This document shows, piece by piece, positions 11,978-23,617 of a stretch of DNA of 33,000 nt. The position numbers and the translations under genes were made by a program. The notes under the pieces were generated by a model. It was not told the DNA's origin. It did no database searches and was given only the letters and a program-made list of their open reading frames with translations. This DNA is from Octopus bimaculoides. Lineage: Eukaryota. Position 1 is the stretch's first letter. Each line of letters starts with the position of its first letter. Where the stretch lies: assembly GCF_001194135.2 (NCBI RefSeq), contig NC_068984.1, forward strand, positions 31,436,119 to 31,469,118, given 5' to 3'.

Positions 11978-12023
<46 letters not shown>
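11820..12023 (+). mobile_element. RTE/SINE-type 3' tail with (GAT)15
   Basis: GTGGTTGGCATTAGGAAAGG..CAACCCTTGCCAGCAC..GGACGTTAAG followed by (GAT)15 at 11979-12023. Confidence 0.8.
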
Positions 12024-12024
<1 letters not shown>

Positions 12025-12916
12025 TACAGTATTTAAATAATAGTAATATGCAGTGCATATTAAGTGGTATTTAACTCAAATCACATATAGTACTTTTATT
12101 GTTGAACCTACCAACAACAGAACAGTAAGCTATACACACGCACAAACACACATGAATGCAAACAAATGCACGCAAACACATGCACATCTTTATATAAATC
12201 TATGCATATACATACATATTAATATCTATATCACATTTGCACCTAGCAATACTCGAAAGCTTCTGTCAATAAAACTATTATAATTGTTTATATTTTCTTG
12301 TATGGTGTGTGTTTTCATGTGTACGTATGTGTGAGTGTATATGCCTCAGTATAAATCTAGTTCATGCAGGAGCTATAAACTATATGTTTACCACTTGAAG
12401 TGCTTTTTAAACTGACAGAATTTGAACTCAAACTTGACATCAAGATTCCATGCAACAAAATATTAAACCACTTTGCTACTACACCAGTTATGTAAATAAT
12501 TGATATGATAGTTCATCTTGAAAATGAAAGTTATATAAGTCATTTCATGTTTCTATTCATTGGAATGGCAAGTATTTTCCTCACTGAAGCAAACTGGGAT
12601 CTTGTGTTAGTCAGTCAATAAGAATGGCAAAATCTTCTGTTGAATCAAATTAACGTAACTGTCAACTACAACTTCAAGATATTTCAAGCTCTGGTGAGTT
12701 AGATCACTTCCTGTCAAATAGACTTATACTGATGCACGAAAAATTTTTTAAAGGTTTGCCATTAGTATGTCTGGTTAATATATGATGCCACACTCTATAT
12801 CACCTTTCCAAACAAATACTCTTAGCAGCAAATATTTTATTATAAATTAAGAAGAGAAAACAGAAAAATGATAACACAAATACGTGCACTGTATAGAAGT
12901 GTGTGCTTGTGCGTGA

Positions 12917-12919
<3 letters not shown>

Positions 12920-12990
<71 letters not shown>

Positions 12991-13150
12991 ATATGTATGT
13001 ATGTTTGTATATGAATACATACGTATATATACATATACATATATACAAGCATACATGAATGTATAACTATGTAGGTATATAAGCATATATGTATATGTGT
13101 ATGTATATATATATATATATATATATATGCAAGTACACATGTATGTATAA
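12920..13150. repeat. (TA)n and compound TA/TATG microsatellite
   Basis: About 31 TA units at 12921-12982, then a degenerate TA/TG/CA mix. Source of the spurious YI-rich ORFs. Confidence 0.95.
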
Positions 13151-13159
13151 ATGTGATGA

Positions 13160-13505
13160 TATCGGAGACCCCCTTTGGTCACAAATACCCATGGGATTGC
13201 ACCTAGAAAGTTACTCTCCGAGGCACAAGTCTGGGCAAGGTTGTTTATGGAAGGCCAGCAGTCGCCCATGCATACCATCCTCCCCTCTCCACACCACCGA
13301 TGTTACCCAAGGGAAAAGCAAAGGCCGATACAGCTTGGCACCAGTGACGTCACAACTCATTTCTACAGCTCAGCTGAGTGAACTGGGGCAACGTGAAATA
13401 AAGTGTCTTGCTGAAGAACACAACACGCAGCCCAGTCCGGGATTTGAACTCACGACCTCACGGTCGTAAGTTCGATGCTCTAACCACTGAGCCACATGCC
13501 TTCAC
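13160..13505 (-). mobile_element. Full-length, relatively young tRNA-derived SINE with CORE-like segment
   Basis: Minus-strand A-box TGGCTCAGTGG (13494-13484) and B-box GTTCAAATCC (13449-13440), then TTCTTCAGCAAGACACTTTATTTCAC. Many CpGs retained. It cannot be assigned to a named octopus family (OK/OR1/OR2) from the sequence alone. Confidence 0.9.
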
Positions 13506-14173
13506 ATTGTGTTGATATATACATATATTCATAAAGTGTCTAACTATGTGAGTCATGAGAGTTGCAGACAGAATTCCTTAGTTATTTGTTTTGCCTCCCT
13601 ATTCTCACAGTTGAATTTCTGATATGGGTAACTGCACCTTTCAACCTTTTGGAGTCAGTAAATAAAAGCACCTATGCAGAGCAGTGTTGATGGTGGGAAT
13701 TAGTAGAGTAGCAGGTGAAATAACTTGCACTATCTGATGAGGCTTTTCGGGTTGTGTTGGCCATCGTCTGTGATGACATGTTGCCCAGCACTAGTGCACC
13801 TTTGTTTCACTCTTTGATAATATTGATGTCATAGGGTAGAGAGACTTACATGAGTGGATAACTACTGGTTTTATATTAAAACCTTGCCCATGTCTGCACA
13901 TAAAAGAAGAACTTCCCAGCTTTCATTACACTGCCTTATCAGACATATGGGAACGCTGGATATATATTTATGTGTAAGTGTTTGTGCATGTTATATCGCA
14001 CATTCAGATGACCTCTACTCAACTACTCGATGTCTAGACTTCTCCCTCTATATCTATGCATTGGGCTAGCCTACTTCATTGTCTGGGAGCGTCGACACAA
14101 CATATATATATAAATATAATAATGTATGCATATATATATACATATATACATATATACTCACACACACCAGTTT

Positions 14174-14682
14174 TCATCATCATCATCATCATTGTTTAAC
14201 GTCCGCTTTCCATGCTAGCATGGGTTGGACGATTTGACTGAGGACTGGTGAAACCGGATGGCAGCACCAGGCTCCAATCTAATTTGGCAGAGTTTCTACA
14301 GCTGGATGCCCTTCCTAACGGCAACCACTCAGAGAGTGGAGAGGGTGCTTTTACATGTCACCCACATGAAGGCCAGTCAGGCGGTACTGACAACGGCCAC
14401 GCTCAAAATGGTGTCTTTTATGTGCCACCCGCACAAGAGCCAGTCCAGGGGCACTGGCAACGATCTCGCTCGAAAATCCTATGAAGGCCAGTCAGGTGGT
14501 ACTGGCAATGACCACGCTCAAAATGGTGCATCTTATGTGCCACCCGCACAAGAGCCAATCCAGGGGCACTGGCAACGATCTACCTTGGCTTGTCGGGTCT
14601 TCTCACACACAGCACATTTCCAAAGGTCTCGGTCAGTAGTCATCGCCTCGGTGAGGCCCAATGTTCGAAGGTCTTGCCTCCT
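14174..14682 (-). mobile_element. 5'-truncated RTE LINE (ORF2 C-terminus, 3' UTR and (GAT)n tail)
   Basis: Minus-strand RQDLRTLGLTEAMTTDRDLWKCAVCEKTRQAK, then a repeat-rich UTR and a (TCA)n tail at 14174. CpG-rich, so probably young. Confidence 0.92.
14366..14581. repeat. 115-bp-period direct repeat (2 copies) inside the RTE 3' UTR
   Basis: ATGAAGGCCAGTCAGG...GGCAACGATCT at 14366-14466 and 14481-14581. Confidence 0.9.
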
Positions 14683-15510
14683 ACTTACACATCTATTTAT
14701 ATGTATGTATGCATGATTGCATGTAATCGGTTTCAATGGTTGAAGTGAAAGTAGATGAAGCTAGTAATAATTACACATGTATTCTGGGTATATTGGGTTA
14801 AGTGACACATAATTACACATTTATGTTGGGTTAAAAAACCTCGTTGGATAGAAATATTTGAAGGCTGTGAACACACGTCTTCTGTAAACATGATAGATGT
14901 TTTATCATTGAACCAAAGCAAGACTTGAAGTTTCTCTGTCCATTTTAGAAACTTTGTTGTTACCAGCAAGAATTGTATATTGTTCACTTCATAAAAAGTT
15001 AGAAACTTTGAGAGAACGGGAATTTATTTTAAGAGTTGTATGCAAAGAGGAAAGGTATAAATAATAGCATCATTCATTTTTATGTTTTACTTGTTTCAGT
15101 CATTAGATAATCTCATTAGATGATAGTTGAAATGTCCATAGGAGATTTGAACATGTCATCTATAATCAGTTTGTCAATTCTGAGAAATGGCAGCCAAATA
15201 TCCCACAAATTAAGCAATTAGCTTCTAACTCAATTCTAGGATTAATCAATTCATTATTATTGTCGTATAAATCACCAGTAACAAATTGGTGACTGTAACA
15301 ATTTTATCACTATTTTTGCTTTTGAGCCTAAGAAAACTATATTGCTTGATTTTGTCTTGAAATGTTTTGATAAGCAGCAAGAATTTCATCAACAAAACTT
15401 TAATCATCTTGTGCATGCATCTAAAATGAAATTTTAACCTGATAATACATGTGTATATACATATACATATCCTTCCATCCATCTGTCTATCAATCCATCA
15501 TACATACATA

Positions 15511-16781
15511 TATTGAGCCATCCCATAAATAATGCGATTTTTTTATACTTCTTTTATTTCTAAAAATTAAGATAAAAAAAGTTCTTTTTTAATCTAAAAT
15601 ATACTCTCCTTCATTTTCTACAATGCCCTTCTATCTATTTGGTAGACTTTAAGACACCTCTTACAAAATCCCCTTGTCTGTGATGAAAAATCTGACCTCA
15701 TCTACAGAATTCATATTTTTTCTGTCCAAGTGATTTTGAAGATTGCGAAATAAATAATAATCAGATGGAGCAATGTCACACAGATATGGTGGGTGGGGCA
15801 TCGTTTTCCATTCAAACTGCTCCAGCCTTTGGAATGCCATCCTTGCTGTATGTGGCTGAGCATTATCCTGGTGGAAGATGCCTTTCGTCTTAAAACCAAA
15901 AGTGGTCATTTTGCTTCTAACATTGACTTAAGCTGCTCAAGTTGCTCACAGGAGATCTTCTTTGTCATCGTTTAGTTTGGGTTTAAAAGTTCAAAGTGGA
16001 CTAAACCTTTCATATTCTACCAAACAGCTAACAGCACTTTACGTGGGTGAATACCTTCTTTAGCCTAGGGTGCCAGTGTTTCTACTATCCCTACCCACTG
16101 TCTTCGGTACTTGACATTTTTACAGAAACCCCATTTCTCATCACCAGTAACTATTCAGTCCAAAAAAGGTTCATTCGTGTGATGTAACAGCAAAGAAGAG
16201 CACACATTCCCTCTCTGTGCAGGATTAGATCTGGAAAGTTTATGAGAACCCATTGAACCAATTTGCTAACGTTTCTGATGGCACACAGGTGTCGACGAAT
16301 GGTTGAATGACCAAATCCAAGATTCTCTGCCAGTTCCTCAACAGTTACAATGGGATTTTGTCCTATCAGGATTTGCAGGACGTCCTTGTCGAGCTCTACA
16401 GATCTTCCAGCATGCCACTTGTCTTCTAGGCCGTAATTTCCAGCTTGGAATTTCTGGAACCACTGTTGATACTGGTTTACACTTAAGTCTGATCCCTGTA
16501 TACTGCATTAATATTCTTCACACTTTCTGCTGTGTTGTTGCCTTTATTGAATCTAGAAAGCAAAATATGCCAAATATACTCCCTTGTCACTTCCATTATA
16601 GGTTTGAAAATATCAATAATAAAATCGAACTGCACTCTTGAGCATTTGTACGAAAAATAAATATAGGCAAAATTACTACCTGCTTTTATAGCAAGTTGAT
16701 GCAGGTAGTTTATCCTGTCTCCTCCAACTTTTAGTTCCTGCAATTGAAAAAAACCCACATTATTTATGAGATGACCCAATA
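15511..16781 (-). mobile_element. Near full-length mariner transposon (about 1.27 kb) with TIRs and TA flanks
   Basis: Left TATTGAGCCATCCCATAAATAATGCGATTTTTT versus reverse complement of the right end TATTGGGTCATCTCATAAATAATGTGGGTTTTT (about 6 mismatches). TA dinucleotides on both sides; internal transposase pseudogene. Confidence 0.95.
15589..16596 (-). pseudogene. DD34D mariner transposase pseudogene
   Basis: ATG at 16596 (MEVTREYIWHILL..), HTH region, WV(L) motif, IVTGDEKW, HQDNA, YLCDIAPSDY with 34 residues between the last two catalytic Asp, ending ENEGEYILD*. Multiple stops, frameshifts and a small deletion. Confidence 0.93.
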
Positions 16782-16908
16782 TACATACATATATGTACAT
16801 ATATATATATATANNNNNNNNNNNNNNNNNNNNNNNNNNNNNNNNNNNNNNNNNNNNNNNNNNNNNNNNNNNATATATATTTATTTATTTATTTATTTAT
16901 ACATGCAT

Positions 16909-16941
<33 letters not shown>

Positions 16942-17059
16942 TATATATTTATATATGTATGTATGTATGTATAATAAATACATATATATACATACACACA
17001 CACACACACACAAATACATACACACATATATATATATATATATATACACATACACACAC

Positions 17060-17113
<54 letters not shown>

Positions 17114-17125
17114 GTATGTATATAG
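16782..17125. repeat. Compound microsatellite (TA, CATA, CA, TG) spanning an assembly gap
   Basis: Read directly; abuts the right mariner TIR. Confidence 0.95.
16814..16872. other. Assembly gap (59 N)
   Basis: Run of N within a (TA)n tract. Confidence 1.
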
Positions 17126-18109
17126 TTAGTGTTTAACCCATGCCAGCATGGTGAAGAGAAGTTAAATTATGCTGATATGTTTGTATGAGTGTGTATGTGT
17201 GCATGTGTGTGTGTGTGCGTGCATGTGCATGCACACAAATGTATATCCATATATATGTATATACAGTGAATGAGAGGTGTGTAGCTTACCTGCTGGCAGT
17301 GATGTCCCCATAGTGCTCATCAAGAAAATTAGCCGACCAGATGCCCTCTACCTATGCCTCTCCAATTTATCTGCAGTAAGAGTCTTCATCACTACTGCTA
17401 GCTAATGTGATATTCATTAATTATACATTGTTTCCACTGCACAGAATTGTAAACTGAACATTATGAGACTTTTCCATGGATGTAGAGTAATATCAATAAC
17501 AGAATGTGATCTGTTAAACATTGGCTCATGCCCCAGCAGCATATTACAGCATTCACCTGCTGCTTTCATTTATTTATTTATGGAATAGCCTTTCTCTTTC
17601 TCTATTTATCATTTCATCCATCCAACTCACCATATCTTCATTCATCCATTTTTCTGTCTGTATGTGGTTAATAATACATTTCTGTGTTTACAGAACGATA
17701 TCGGTATGGCTCTGCATCTCACACAAAAAGCGTGCAATAGAATTACTGAATTATATAATTAATAAACATATTTGTTTATGTCATAAGAGATTTCCTTTCA
17801 TAGATGGATCAGATATTAAGCAATCAGTACATTCATAGTGTTACATTTTTTTCTTAAACATACACTGCCAATGATTCATTGTTTCTAAACATGTGCTGGT
17901 ATTTATGCACCATATAGTTACAAGCACATATTTTAAATATTAAACTATAAGTGTCAACACTCTTCTTCATCATGTGTGTGTGTGAGTGTATATATCTATG
18001 TGTGTGTGTATATATGAGTATCTCTCTCTTTATATATATATATAGGTGGCACGTAAAAAACACCTTTTTGAGTGTGGTAAAAATTATCAGCTTGTTTTCC
18101 ATATCCTAC

Positions 18110-18840
18110 TGCCTGTCTATGGTGTTTAAAGGCCTTGTAAAAGTTGATATCAGTAGTATCTCAAACTTACCCCCAACAAAGACTATATTATTGACATTCT
18201 TAGCCCTAGACCCCTCAAGACAAAGCTCCACTACAAAATCGTCTGGTTGGCCCCCTCTTTCTCATTTAACATGTAAACTTACATGCTTATGGCCTTAGAT
18301 AAGTGGGTAGAACGTTCACATAAGATAAATGTTACAGAAGAACATTAATGGTCTCATTCTGCAGCATACATAACTTCAAATGAATATTCAATAAGCCATG
18401 GACAGAGGTAAGAAACTCTTGTAGGTTTGACAGTGAGTGCCCAGTGAACAGTCAATGCAATACAGAAGCAGTAATCTACAAACAGAAGTAGCATTGACCA
18501 ACACCAATGAGAAGAAGCACAGACAGAAATTTGTTAGGACAACAAAAGAGATTTTAAGGCCAGGTTGAATAATCCCAGATCCGTTTTTAGAGTCCAGAAA
18601 GGTATAATGTTACCACTTTGGCCAGTTATGTATGGCAATTGAAAGAGGCCGTAATGTCATGTGAAACCAAATGGAGATTTTTGAAATGGTCTTGGCTGTA
18701 TCTTAATGAAAGAGATTCAGAGTCAGCTTGGTGTAAAAGAGTGTCACTCTCAAATATACAAATAGTATGTGTGCCTTCCTGAACTTGAAAAGCAACATTT
18801 TCAGATACTGTCCACCTGAAGGCATATTCATTGTATGTAT
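18110..18840 (+). mobile_element. Penelope-like element remnant (RT-EN linker plus GIY-YIG endonuclease)
   Basis: KIVWLAPSFSFN (from 18235) / ALDK..HKI..RRTLMVSFCS / SCRFDSECPVNSQCNTEAVIYK (CPV at 18438, VIY at 18471) / KFVRTTK / FKARLNN / TTLASYVWQLKE (18612)..TKWRFLK / FLNLKSNIFRYCP. Frameshifted. Confidence 0.85.
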
Positions 18841-19174
18841 GCAGTCATCCTCTTTTGAACTAGAGAACAACACATACAAAGTTTATACATTTCACCTATA
18901 GCTAACCCAAATTCAAAGGGATTAACTCATCTTCTTTTCATTCATCCCAAAATATTTTTCCTAAATTTCATTCTTCCACTTTGCCAAAAAAAAAAACACG
19001 TTTATGTACCCTCTAGTGCAAAAAGGTTATTCACTTCCAGTCAGTATATCAGGAAATATATTGATATTGTCAGTGAGAAGATTCTGTGCAAAACTGACGG
19101 TAGCATTCTGAAATTATATGCCATAACCAGTAACATATTGCTTTATGATATAAAATATATGTGTATACACGAGC

Positions 19175-19177
<3 letters not shown>

Positions 19178-19218
<41 letters not shown>
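19178..19218. repeat. (TG)n microsatellite
   Basis: About 20 units, read directly. Confidence 0.95.
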
Positions 19219-19220
<2 letters not shown>

Positions 19221-20264
19221 TTATAGTTGTGAATATAATATATGAATAGGTGCTGTGTCATTATAAGTGTTTTGCAAATGTGGCTGAAGATTAGATCTCA
19301 GTGAGCTGAAGCTTATTTAAGTGTCTTAACCTTGAGTTTTTAATGCCTTGTGTGTAGAATTTGATTGGTAAAATCTAACCAGAATCCTGTCATATTTTTA
19401 TCTATGTATGTATGCATGTATATATGTATGCATATATATGTGTATGCATATATGTTTGCCTATTAGTATACATGTGTGTATTTGTGTATGTATGTATATA
19501 TGTATGTGTGTATGCATGCATGCATTCATGTATGTACTCAGTATGCATGTATATATGTATGTATGAAGGCATGTGTCCTTATCCATGTGGGACTGTTTCT
19601 ATCACTGTAAACTTATGTTGAGTTATATTTCTCTATGTGAAAACTATAACCTTGCAATTTGATTACTAGTGATTGACAAAATAAGTATCACACTGAAATA
19701 AGCAGTGAGTTCGATAAGATCAACTAATTATCTGGAAGGCAGTGCACCAGCATAGTTATAGTTCAATGATTGAGAGCAACAAAAGGATAAATGAATATGA
19801 GTTAAATGAATTAAATTCAACCAAGATTTCTGTGGACAATTTTAAATCCCTTAGGACAGGCCAAGCATTTTACTTGATACAGAGATCTCTTTTATCATGA
19901 TTCATTTCATCAAAAGAGTAAATGAAATTGTGATTTCTTGAAAATGGAATATTTTTTTCTTTTATTGTATTTCTTTACATGCAGTTGTTTATTCACTTAC
20001 GCATTTTATCTATTTACTAGATGTGGAAATCAAATATAAGAACAGTTGTTTGGTTACAGATCAATGTCTTTATTGAATTAGATCCCCTACCTAAAAAAAA
20101 AAGATAAAATATGAAAGGAAAACAAAGGAAGATGAAGAGAAAATAAGCACAAAAGTTTTTAAGTTATAACCTCTTTTGCATTTTCACATGTGGCTTGGCT
20201 GTAGATGGTGCAGTGGTGTAGCAGTTATCAAACATGCTTCTTATTCTCAAGGATGTTCCATATC

Positions 20265-20435
20265 TCTCTCTCTCTCTCTCTATCTATCTATTCATACATA
20301 CATACACACATACAGACATATACACACATGCATATCACATACACATACATACATGCACATACATACATACACATATATACATACACACTCATACATACAT
20401 GCATACATACACGCATACAAATATGAACATAAACA
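20265..20435. repeat. Compound (CT)n/(CTAT)n/(CATA)n microsatellite
   Basis: Read directly; source of the HT/YI-rich ORFs. Confidence 0.9.
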
Positions 20436-21584
20436 TATATCATTAGAAACTGTAGCATCTTGACTCCTTACTCTGAGTTGCGTACTGCCAATAATTCAAA
20501 CAATTTTGTACATGCATGTGTGTGTACTTGTGTATGTAAATAATTAGATCTTTTCTATTCTTCTAATGCCACTAATGTCATTAACCCAAGAATGAATACA
20601 ATACATCTTTGACATATGTATTGGAAAGACCATCTATTCAAAGAATTAGGCAGTTTCTTTTTGATACATCCTTAAACGTTTTTAACTCCCTTCATTTATA
20701 TCTTTATATCAGATTTGACCATATCATAGTATTTTCATACTTTTCTTCTAATATCGCTGTACAAGTTACTTGAAATCAACCTTTATTTAATATTTAGGAC
20801 TTTGATTAATGTTTACATAGGGTTTTATCTTGGGGAATTAAAAACAGAAGCATATTGAACATTCGTTTCTTTACCCCTTCTTTTATGTTATTGGTAATTC
20901 TAACATATTATGCTTTTCCAATATGTCCTATAGTTATGAAAGATGCACACACATGCAAACACATACATAAACATACACATAAAAACTGGGATTTGCAAGA
21001 ACCATATAGACACACATGAACATATTCTTATATGTACTTTATTTTGTGGGGAGCTGGAAATTATTCTTTGAAGATGAGGAACAGATTAATAATTATAATC
21101 ACTTTTAATTTGGGTACAAGAACACAAAGTTTTGGTAGAGTACGCAATTGATTTGACCATCTGTAATCATTGACTGGTACTTACTGTAATACACAAAATA
21201 CGAGTGGCAAAGTTGAACAAGACAGAATTCAAACTCAGTGATGTAACTAAGTATGGCAACTTATTCTGACTACTGTTTGACAAACATAGATAATCTACTG
21301 CCTTCTTCTGTTAATGATAATCATGATAATGATGCATGGTAGAATTTGGATGTTGATATCACTCACCATAAGAAACCCCAGAATGTAGCATTGCAATAAT
21401 GTACAATAAAATCTAGCACAGTTAAGTAATTACAAATAATAAACATAAGCTGGTACTTGATTGAGATGCTAATGATTATATAAGGTCATATGCGTGTTCA
21501 TATTAGGATGATGATCATGAAGCTGATGTTAGCAATGATCATTGTCATATATATATATATATAAGCTAGATAGATATAGTGAGT

Positions 21585-21586
<2 letters not shown>

Positions 21587-21670
<84 letters not shown>
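21587..21670. repeat. Long (TA)n microsatellite
   Basis: About 42 units, with a 24-28 bp direct repeat on both sides. Confidence 0.95.
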
Positions 21671-21671
<1 letters not shown>

Positions 21672-22724
21672 GATAGATAGATATAGTGAGTCTTATATAT
21701 ATTTATATATATGTGTGTGTGTATTTACATATAGAGTTGTATATATTTTATATACACAAATGATGTAGTGATATATTGTTCATATAATGTCAAAAATGTT
21801 AATGTATATTTGGTTTTGCTGTATACTTATCTAATGTCATTCATTCATTCACTTATTTATGAATATGCTCTTTATTTTTTCCTTCTTGTGATTCATCATA
21901 TTTCTGCCTGATTTAGTCTGTATTTTTTTTTATTTATTTATTTGTTTATGATGTATAGCCTAGGTCAAAGAAACAAATCATTTAAATATCAGTAAAATGA
22001 AAATTTCATAACATTTCTGAAAAACAGCATTTCTTTTACTTTCAGTATCCACAAACAAACATTGTTGACTTTAATAGTTTAGAACAAAACATATGAGGTA
22101 AACAGAATTAAAGATGTAGTACAAAAAACGAAAAGAGTAATATATCATTCTTCTTAACCTAGCAAGAATTTTTGGTATCTCATAGTTTTCGCTTTATATC
22201 CTCAGGTCTAGAAAAATATAAAAAAAAACAGGGAAACAAGAAAATCTTATAAAATTAATTGTTTTTGTATATTGTTAATGTTGTTTTGTTTAGCTTAAGT
22301 TAGCTCTGAGTTGACCTTTCATCAAAGACATTCTTGCTGTTTTCATATCATTTTTCCTTAAGTTTTACTATGCCTAAGATTACCTAAACCTATGTAGTCT
22401 CCTTTTTTGTGATATCATAGAGTTAACTGAAGAAAATTTGGTTACTACATTTTGGTTACTCTGTGCATAAATATATGTATATATCAGATTTACATGCTTA
22501 AAACGTATTTCATATTTCTTCGTAATAATAGACTTGAATTTTCAGTAAATCTATCTTATCATTTGCAAGGAACATGTTGGAGTACAAGACCCTCAAGAAG
22601 GAGAAGAACTTTGAAACCAGTTGCTTGTTTTGGGCTAGTCACATGACTCGTTATCTTATTCACATAGTACAAACATTACAAGAGTGAAAAATACATTGTA
22701 ATATGATATTTGATGTCTTTCTTA

Positions 22725-23060
22725 GAGGAGCACAGATGAGCTGCGAGAAAAGCTGGTTTAAGGGACATTAGGTATAGTGTGTAGAAAGAGATTACTGCTT
22801 TGGTACAAAATCTAATGCATGTAGATGACGATCGATGGATAAACAAGTGCCAGATGATTTGTATGGAATGAAACAGAGAATGAAGAAAACTTGGGATGAC
22901 TTAGGCAGAAATGGTAAAAGCAGATTTCAGTTTGTTTCACAAGAGAGGTAGCAAAAAATATAACAAGTGGTAGGATGCTGTGTTTGGGAGACCCAATGAA
23001 AACTATACCAACATAGAAAAGTAAACTGAAAAGGATGACAGTGATGATGAGGATGGTGAC
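22725..23060 (+). mobile_element. Old RTE LINE 3' fragment
   Basis: STDELREKL..IRYSV..LMHVDDDRWINKCQ..KKTWDD, then a decayed tail ending in GAT-rich repeats. Confidence 0.75.
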
Positions 23061-23067
23061 CAGAAGT

Positions 23068-23617
23068 CATTCTTATCATCATTTAACGTCCATTTTTCAT
23101 GCTGGCATGTGTTGGACAATTTGACTGAAAACTGGTAAGCTGGGGAGCTGCACCAGGTTTCAGTCTGATTTGGCAGAGTTTCTACAGCTGGATGCCCTTC
23201 CTAATGCCAACCACTCCAAGAGTGTAAAGGGTGCATTTTGTGTGCCACCGACATGGGTGCCATTTACCTGACTCTGGTATCAGTCATGACTACAGTCTCA
23301 TTTGGCTTGATAGATCTACACAAGCACAGTATATCGCTGAAGGTTTCGGTCATCTGTCACTGCCTCCATGAGGCCCAATGCTCAAACAGTGCTTTTTAGA
23401 TGCCACCAGCACAGGTGCCAGTCACATGGCACTGGCATCAGCCATGTCTATGATTTTACTCGGCTCAACAGCTCTTTGCAAGAACAGCATATCACATAAT
23501 GTTTGAAGAGTGCTTTTAACAGGTCAGTTACACAACACTGGCATCAGCCACTATTACAATCTCACTAGGCTTAATGGGTCTTCATATCACCGGCATATCA
23601 CCAAAGGTCTCGGTCTT
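23068..23617 (-). mobile_element. RTE LINE 3' end(s), apparently two tandem or nested 3' fragments
   Basis: Tail as at 68 and 14174. Minus-strand ALGLMEAVTDDRNLQRYTVL at about 23380-23323 and a second DRDLW*YA at about 23617-23595. Confidence 0.85.

Noticed and set aside
12800-13278. Long YI/HT/CV-rich ORFs (also 10311-10783, 16744-17113, 19398-19621, 20176-20463, 31287-32289)
   Set aside because: Translations of dinucleotide and tetranucleotide microsatellites, which lack stop codons in several frames.
13440-13505. tRNA-like A and B boxes (also 3521-3590)
   Set aside because: These are SINE heads continuing into SINE body sequence, with no complete cloverleaf; not tRNA genes.
13620-14090. 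Minus-strand exon candidate at about 13850-13893 and possible RT remnant (GQGF..P, ITDD)
   Set aside because: It resembles a very decayed LINE RT more than a host exon, and the motifs are too eroded to call either.
14258-14716. 152-aa ORF with an internal repeat
   Set aside because: Antisense reading of the RTE 3' UTR duplication.
17289-17400. Minus-strand VEGIWSANFLDEHYGDITAS before CAG|GTAAGC, and plus-strand DVPIVLI (Ras-like)
   Set aside because: The acceptor lacks a pyrimidine tract, and the Ras NKxD motif is absent.
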